A stretch of 57,663 nucleotides of DNA. Source: an uncultured Candidatus Saccharibacteria bacterium. Its GTDB lineage: Bacteria > Patescibacteriota > Minisyncoccia > Minisyncoccales > CAZBVF01. Within the stretch, counting starts at the first letter, position 1. Every line of letters starts with the position of its first letter. A program made the position numbers and the translations under genes. Location: assembly GCA_964553275.1 (NCBI GenBank), contig CAZKKG010000002.1, forward strand, positions 1 through 57,663, read 5' to 3'. A model generated the notes under the pieces. The model searched no databases. It was not told the origin of the DNA and saw nothing but the letters and a program-made list of their open reading frames with translations. Of the stretch, positions 53,188-57,663 are shown piece by piece.

Positions 53188-55710
53188 TTATCCGTATTTC
53201 GGCCAACAGCATTTCTTGTACTTCATCGGTCTACCGGTTTTGGAGTTGATTTTACCGCAAGGACAGGGATCATTTCTGCCCGGCTTTTTTTGAGAACCAA
53301 CTTTCACCCTCTCAGGCTGAGGAACGCCGAAAGTCCTTTGTTCTTTTTGACTGCTTCTTTCTGTCACTTGCACCTTTAAAATGTTAGCTGCTAATATTGA
53401 TTCAAAATCTGAAAGAAGTTCTTTAAACATTCTGTGCCCCTCGTTTTTATACTCGATCAAGGGAACTTTCTGCCCATAAGCTCTCAACCCCACAGAACCT
53501 TTAAGGTGATCCATATTCTCCAAATGATCCATCCATAAAGAATCAAGGATTTTCAAACAAACTAATTTTTCAACTTCTCTCATTCTGTCTTCCCCAATTT
53601 CCTTTTCTTTCTTATTGTAATCTTCTTCCGAAATGCCCTGTTTTTTGACCATTTGTAAAACCTGAGTTTTAAGTTCCGCTCCTTTAGATTCCTTTGCTTT
53701 TTTAAGTATTTCTTTTCTTTTTCTATAGAAAACTTCCCTATGTTTGTTTACGACATCATCATATTCCAGGAGATGCTTTCTTAGGTCAAAGTTCATGCCC
53801 TCTATTTTCCCTTGGGCAGATTCGATTGCTCCCGAAACCATGCCGGCCTGGATTGGCTGGTCATCGGGAAGCTTAAACCTCTCCATAATATTCTTTACCC
53901 TGTCTGCTCCAAAGATGCGCAGAAGGTCGTCTTCTAAAGAAATGAAAAATCGGGAAGAGCCAGCGTCTCCCTGCCTGCCCGATCTTCCTCTTAGCTGGTT
54001 GTCAATTCTTCTTGCCTCATGCCTCTCAGTGCCAATCACCATAAGGCCTCCAAATTTCTTAACTTTCTCTGCCTCTTTCTTGTCCGGAGGGTTGCCTCCA
54101 AGAACAATATCCACTCCTCTTCCTGCCATATTAGTAGCTACGGTAACTGATTTTTCTCTGCCTGCCTGCGCGATAATTTCTCCTTCTTTCTCATGAGACT
54201 TCGCATTTAAGATCTTGTGAGGGATGCCTTCTCTCTCAAGAAGCCTGCCTAAATATTCATTTTTCTCAATTGAAACGGTGCCAACTAAAACTGGCTGGCC
54301 CGTCTCATAACATTTTTTAATTTCTTGTGTAACCGCTTTAAACTTAATTTCAGTATTTTTGTAAACCTGGTCTGAAAGATCTTTTCTTATCAAAGGCTTA
54401 TTGGTTGGAAGAACAATAACTTCAAGCCCGTAAACTTTATCAAACTCTTCAGCAGAAGTCACGGCCGTCCCCGTCATACCTGCAAGCTTCGGATATAAGC
54501 GAAATAGGTTTTGAAATGTTATAGAGGCCAAAGTTAGTGACTCAGGCCTTACGTTTACTTTTTCTTTCGCTTCAAGAGCCTGATGAAGCCCTCCGGAATA
54601 TCTCCTCCCGGGGAGCATTCTTCCCGTAAACTCATCAACAATGATAACTTGTCCTTCTTTCATTACGTAATCTCTGTCTTTTTTGAACAGGACTTCCGCT
54701 TTCAATCCTTGCTCTAAATGATGCAAATACCTTATTCCTTTTTCCTGATAGATATTTTCAAGCCCTAAAATACTCTCTACCTTATCAATGCCTGCTTCCG
54801 TTAGCGTGGCTGCTTTTAATTTTTCATCAATTTCATAGTCAATATCTTTTTTAAGTTTCGGAATAATACTTGAAAATTCCTGATACATTTTTGATGACTC
54901 TGTATCGGGAGAAGAAATGATTAAAGGGGTCCTTGCCTCGTCAATCAAAATTGAATCAACTTCATCTATAATGGCAAAATTAGGCTCTCTCTGAGCGCGT
55001 TTTTCTAAGTCATATGCCATATTGTCCCTTAAGTGGTCAAAGCCAAACTCATTATTAGTTCCGTATGTTATGTCGACTGAATAAGCATCCTTTCTGGAAC
55101 AAGGCTTTAAAAAGCTCTCAACCACTTTAAAGCTTCCCAATAAATCTCTTTTTTTATCCAGGTCCTGTTTGTCTGCTGAACTGTCAGAATCCTCTTGGGA
55201 GCTTGATGAGAAATCGGGATCATAAATGTAAGCATTATCATGCACTATGCAAGCAATGGACAATCCTAAGGCATAATAAATCTGCCCCATCCAGACAGCA
55301 TCTCTTTTTGCCAGATAATCATTTACCGTAACAATATGAACGCCTTTTTCTTCTAAAGCATTGAGATAAGCTGGCAGGGTGGAAGATAAAGTTTTTCCCT
55401 CTCCTGTTTTCATTTCAGCAATCTTTCCTTCATGTAAAACTATTCCTCCAATTAACTGGCAATCAAAATGGCGTTGCCCCAAAGTTCTTTTAGACGATTC
55501 TCTAACCAAAGCAAAAGCTTCGGGCAATAAATCATCGAGGGCGTCTCCCTTTCTCAGCCTTTCTTTAAACTCTTTCGTCTTTTCTTTTAGTTCCTTATTA
55601 GACAAACCCTCAAAACTTTTTTCTAAAGAATTGATTTTATCAACTGACTCTTGAGTCTTTTTCAAATATTTTTCGTTGGCATCGCCAAAGATTTTAGAAA
55701 TAAAAGACAT
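53188..55710 (-). CDS. secA: Preprotein translocase ATPase SecA
   Basis: MKTGEGKTL Walker A, DEVDSILIDEARTPLIIS, and the C-terminal zinc motif CPCGKINSKTGRPMKYKKCC. Confidence 0.94.
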   Translation of the reverse strand: MSFISKIFGDANEKYLKKTQESVDKINSLEKSFEGLSNKELKEKTKEFKERLRKGDALDDLLPEAFALVRESSKRTLGQRHFDCQLIGGIVLHEGKIAEMKTGEGKTLSSTLPAYLNALEEKGVHIVTVNDYLAKRDAVWMGQIYYALGLSIACIVHDNAYIYDPDFSSSSQEDSDSSADKQDLDKKRDLLGSFKVVESFLKPCSRKDAYSVDITYGTNNEFGFDHLRDNMAYDLEKRAQREPNFAIIDEVDSILIDEARTPLIISSPDTESSKMYQEFSSIIPKLKKDIDYEIDEKLKAATLTEAGIDKVESILGLENIYQEKGIRYLHHLEQGLKAEVLFKKDRDYVMKEGQVIIVDEFTGRMLPGRRYSGGLHQALEAKEKVNVRPESLTLASITFQNLFRLYPKLAGMTGTAVTSAEEFDKVYGLEVIVLPTNKPLIRKDLSDQVYKNTEIKFKAVTQEIKKCYETGQPVLVGTVSIEKNEYLGRLLEREGIPHKILNAKSHEKEGEIIAQAGREKSVTVATNMAGRGVDIVLGGNPPDKKEAEKVKKFGGLMVIGTERHEARRIDNQLRGRSGRQGDAGSSRFFISLEDDLLRIFGADRVKNIMERFKLPDDQPIQAGMVSGAIESAQGKIEGMNFDLRKHLLEYDDVVNKHREVFYRKRKEILKKAKESKGAELKTQVLQMVKKQGISEEDYNKKEKEIGEDRMREVEKLVCLKILDSLWMDHLENMDHLKGSVGLRAYGQKVPLIEYKNEGHRMFKELLSDFESILAANILKVQVTERSSQKEQRTFGVPQPERVKVGSQKKPGRNDPCPCGKINSKTGRPMKYKKCCWPKYG

Positions 55711-55795
55711 AATATCTTTTTATTATAATGATTAAAAACTAATAATTCAATTCTTAAACAAACATATTTCTCTTTGGGATTCAAATTGTTGTTAA

Positions 55796-55818
55796 AAAAC
55801 AGCCCTAAGGGCTGTTTT
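55796..55818. terminator. Intrinsic terminator after hpf
   Basis: AAAACAGCCC / TAA / GGGCTGTTTT. Confidence 0.7.
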
Positions 55819-55844
55819 AGAAAACACGATTAAGTTTTAAAAAA

Positions 55845-56261
55845 TCACAAGCTTTCTTCTATTATTCTTTGCCCCTTACTTGTTTTCAACCTGGCTTGAG
55901 CGCTAAAAGACGTTTCTCTTTTAATTTTTCTGTGCCCTCTTTTTCTTTTGGAGGCAATCCTTTCTTTATATTTTTTTAATTGAATCTGCATTTGATCTCC
56001 GACATCATCAATAGCAGTTCTTAAATTATCCGCGCTATTCTCTACCCTTAAAGTTCTGCCCGGCAAGTTAATTTGACATTCTGCCCTGAAGACATAACCC
56101 TTGCAATGATGAAGAGTTGTTTTTTCAATTTCCACATATGCCTGTTCTTCAAAACTTTCTATCTTTTGAATAAATTTTCCAAGAGACTTTATCTTTTTTT
56201 CAATCCTTTTTTTAAAAGCAGGCAACAACTTTATATTTTTAGATTTAATTATGATCTTCAT
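55845..56261 (-). CDS. hpf: Ribosome hibernation/modulation factor (RaiA/HPF, S30AE family)
   Basis: The N-terminus MKIIIKSKNIKLLPAFKKRIEKKIKSLGKF follows the HPF pattern (I.G.N.e.t.al+.yve.K..kL.+y); 138 aa. Confidence 0.75.
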   Translation of the reverse strand: MKIIIKSKNIKLLPAFKKRIEKKIKSLGKFIQKIESFEEQAYVEIEKTTLHHCKGYVFRAECQINLPGRTLRVENSADNLRTAIDDVGDQMQIQLKKYKERIASKRKRGHRKIKRETSFSAQARLKTSKGQRIIEESL

Positions 56262-56273
56262 AACAAAATAGAG

Positions 56274-56294
56274 CCTCCCCGAATTCCGGGGAGG
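56274..56294 (-). promoter_or_regulatory. GC-rich hairpin whose 3' arm is the hpf Shine-Dalgarno (SD sequestration and/or terminator)
   Basis: Minus-strand RNA: CCUCCCCG-GAAUU-CGGGGAGG, then CUCUAUUUUGUU, then AUG (hpf). The GGAGG lies 12 nt before the AUG. Confidence 0.6.
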
Positions 56295-56493
56295 AGAGAT
56301 TTAATTCTTATTTCTTCTTTTTGCTCTTTTTTTTCTTAGGCATTTTTTAAAAAGTAAGTTTATAAGTACAAACAGCCGACCCCTTTCTGCTTGCCTCCTG
56401 CATTGAAACAGGCAATAAAATTTAAAAAACGTTTATTATATTATTTTTTCACCTTTAAGAACAATGTCAATGGGGAAAACTTTAAAAAATAAA

Positions 56494-57432
56494 TTAGAAT
56501 CCTAAAAATCGAACTTCTTCTTCTAATTTAATTTTAAATTTGCTTTTCACTTTTTTTTTAATTAGCTTTAACAGCCTTATTACGTCCTTTGATTTTCCCT
56601 TCCCTAAATTAACAACAAAGTTTGCATGCTTGCCTGAAACTTTAATATTACCGACTTCTTTCCCTTTGAACCCCGCTTCCTCAATTAACTTTCCCGCTAA
56701 ATTATTTTTTGGGTTTTTAAAAAAAGAACCTGCACAGGAAAAATTTAAAGGTTGAGTTTTTTTGCGATAATCCAAGCAACCTTTCATCGCTTTCTTTATT
56801 TCAACCTTTTTTCTTTTTTTAAATTTTAAATAGGCTCCAAGAATTATTAGATTTTCATCCTTTTTAAAAATACTTTCTTTATAACCAAACTTGCAATCTT
56901 TATTCTTTAACTTTTTAATTTTAAAATCTTTGACGTTTAAAACTTTAACTCCTTCCGTTATCTCAGCCATTGAGTTTTTAAAAGCTCCCGCATTGCCGAA
57001 AATACATCCTCCGATTGTACCCGGCATACCGACCGCCCATTCTAACCCGGACAGGGACCTTTCTGAAACCAACCTTAATAACTCGGCAGTTTTAACTCCC
57101 GCTCCAACACAAATCCTTTGAGCTTTATTTCCTTTCTTAAAAAACTTAATTTCCTTTAATTCGCATTTTATAACAATGCCTTTAAAACCTTTATCAGAAA
57201 TTAAAAGATTGCTTCCCTGTCCTAATACAAAAAACGGCACATTAAATCTTTTTGCCGTTTTAAGGACTTTTGTTAGATCCTTTTCATTTTTTGCTTTAAA
57301 AAAATATTCAGCAGGACCTCCAATATGAAAAGTAGTATACCTTTTCAAAGAAACATTTTTCTTTAATCCCGGAAATTCTTTTTCCATCCCTTCGTAATTC
57401 TGGCACCTTAAGGTTGATTGTTTATTTTTCAT
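56494..57432 (-). CDS. murB: UDP-N-acetylenolpyruvoylglucosamine reductase
   Basis: LKRYTTFHIGGPAEYFF FAD-binding start and a GSNLLISD motif; 312 aa. Confidence 0.9.
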   Translation of the reverse strand: MKNKQSTLRCQNYEGMEKEFPGLKKNVSLKRYTTFHIGGPAEYFFKAKNEKDLTKVLKTAKRFNVPFFVLGQGSNLLISDKGFKGIVIKCELKEIKFFKKGNKAQRICVGAGVKTAELLRLVSERSLSGLEWAVGMPGTIGGCIFGNAGAFKNSMAEITEGVKVLNVKDFKIKKLKNKDCKFGYKESIFKKDENLIILGAYLKFKKRKKVEIKKAMKGCLDYRKKTQPLNFSCAGSFFKNPKNNLAGKLIEEAGFKGKEVGNIKVSGKHANFVVNLGKGKSKDVIRLLKLIKKKVKSKFKIKLEEEVRFLGF

Positions 57433-57455
57433 TTCGAAGCCCGATTTTTAAAAAT

Positions 57456-57510
57456 GAGTCGGGAGGGTTTTCTCCACCCTAAGTCTTTAGTGAGCACTTA
57501 CTCCCGACTC
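57456..57510 (-). terminator. 10-bp stem / 35-nt loop element followed by U5, 25 nt upstream of murB
   Basis: GAGTCGGGAG (57456-57465) pairs with CTCCCGACTC (57501-57510). The minus-strand RNA is followed by AUUUUU. Confidence 0.4.
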
Positions 57511-57546
57511 AATCTTATTTTACCAATTTTAAAAAAATAGGCAAAT

Positions 57547-57627
57547 AAAAAAGCAAAAGGCCTCGCTCGAGGGAGGTCTTTCGCCGACGAAGAACAGAGT
57601 CTGCCATTGAGGCAGATCGCGCTCACT
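57547..57627 (-). ncRNA. Candidate ~80-nt small RNA with its own promoter (function unknown)
   Basis: Downstream of the 57634-57662 promoter candidate. Contains hairpins GAUCUGCC-UCAAU-GGCAGA and GUUCUUCG-UCGG-CGAAAGAC (UNCG loop), and ends in GGCC-UUUUGCUUUUUU. No ORF. Confidence 0.35.
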
Positions 57628-57633
57628 GTCTGC

Positions 57634-57662
57634 ATATTAGCAAAATAATAAGAAGAAGTCAA
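57634..57662 (-). promoter_or_regulatory. Near-consensus sigma-70 promoter at the right window edge
   Basis: On the minus strand: TTGACT (57662-57657), exactly 17-nt spacer, TAATAT (57639-57634). Confidence 0.5.
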
Positions 57663-57663
57663 G

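Noticed and set aside
25169-54196. Numerous 60-170-aa ORFs antisense to or overlapping long genes (for example 25169-25552, 26815-27252, 36859-37263, 45179-45694, 49037-49838, 53744-54196, 15610-15852)
   Set aside because: All lie inside confidently assigned genes on the opposite strand or in another frame, have low-complexity Ser/Phe/Leu-rich translations, and lack SD sequences. They are typical shadow ORFs of an AT-rich genome.
56308-56343. 11-codon ORF MPKKKKSKKKK just upstream of the hpf hairpin (a possible tiny basic ribosomal-type peptide or leader peptide)
   Set aside because: There is no SD and it is only 11 aa. The sequence is an A-rich tract that yields Lys codons in any case. It is kept only as part of the structured-leader finding.
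57547-57627. SRP (4.5S) RNA, tmRNA or RNase P fragment at the right edge
   Set aside because: There is no GNAR-capped helix with the conserved symmetric/asymmetric loop motif (GGAA...AGCA) of SRP domain IV, no tRNA-like end, and no RNase P GAGGAAAGUCC motif. It is left as an unclassified sRNA candidate.
1-57663. CRISPR array, mobile elements, or alternative genetic code (UGA recoding as in some CPR lineages)
   Set aside because: No repeat-spacer periodicity of 25-40 nt occurs anywhere, and no transposase, integrase or IS-type inverted repeats were seen. TGA clearly terminates pduL and the sigma4/HARE-HTH gene, and all housekeeping ORFs are full length under the standard code.

Overview
This is a low-GC, gene-dense window of about 57.7 kb, made up almost entirely of housekeeping genes. 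Features that by inference point to a Candidate Phyla Radiation / Parcubacteria-like bacterium: archaeal-type ProRS and ApgM, ThyX, a PduL+AckA fermentation module, Lys/Glu-rich extensions on ribosomal proteins, and rplK with no rplA after it. I support about 52 CDS. They include dnaE, thrS, miaB-miaA, gatB and gatCA, deoC, thyX, rplK, nusG, secE, gyrB, pheST, two mreB paralogues, proS, rseP, frr, holB, murA, murB, the infA-rpmJ-rpsM-rpsK-rpsD-rpoA-rplQ-rplM-rpsI block, ppsA-ackA-pduL-gap-apgM, secDF, secA and hpf. Two of them are missing from the ORF track: rpmJ, and an edge-truncated PKD-like surface protein. There are also three minus-strand tRNAs (initiator Met, a second CAU tRNA, Asp), several intrinsic terminators and a few promoter candidates. 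There is no CRISPR array, transposase, integrase or recognisable defence operon. The standard genetic code is used, with TGA serving as a stop. The most unusual items are: (1) an orphan Cas4-family Fe-S nuclease cassette whose whole upstream spacer is filled by a helically phased 4+4 inverted CTGAT array plus a hairpin that occludes the start codon; (2) a self-contained two-gene unit encoding an orphan sigma-70 region 4 + HARE-HTH protein coupled to a 2-TM protein of unknown fold; (3) a structured leader upstream of hpf that sequesters its Shine-Dalgarno; (4) non-canonical tRNA architectures; and (5) a small-RNA candidate with its own promoter at the right edge. All functional calls rest on motif recognition by eye, since no database search was possible.
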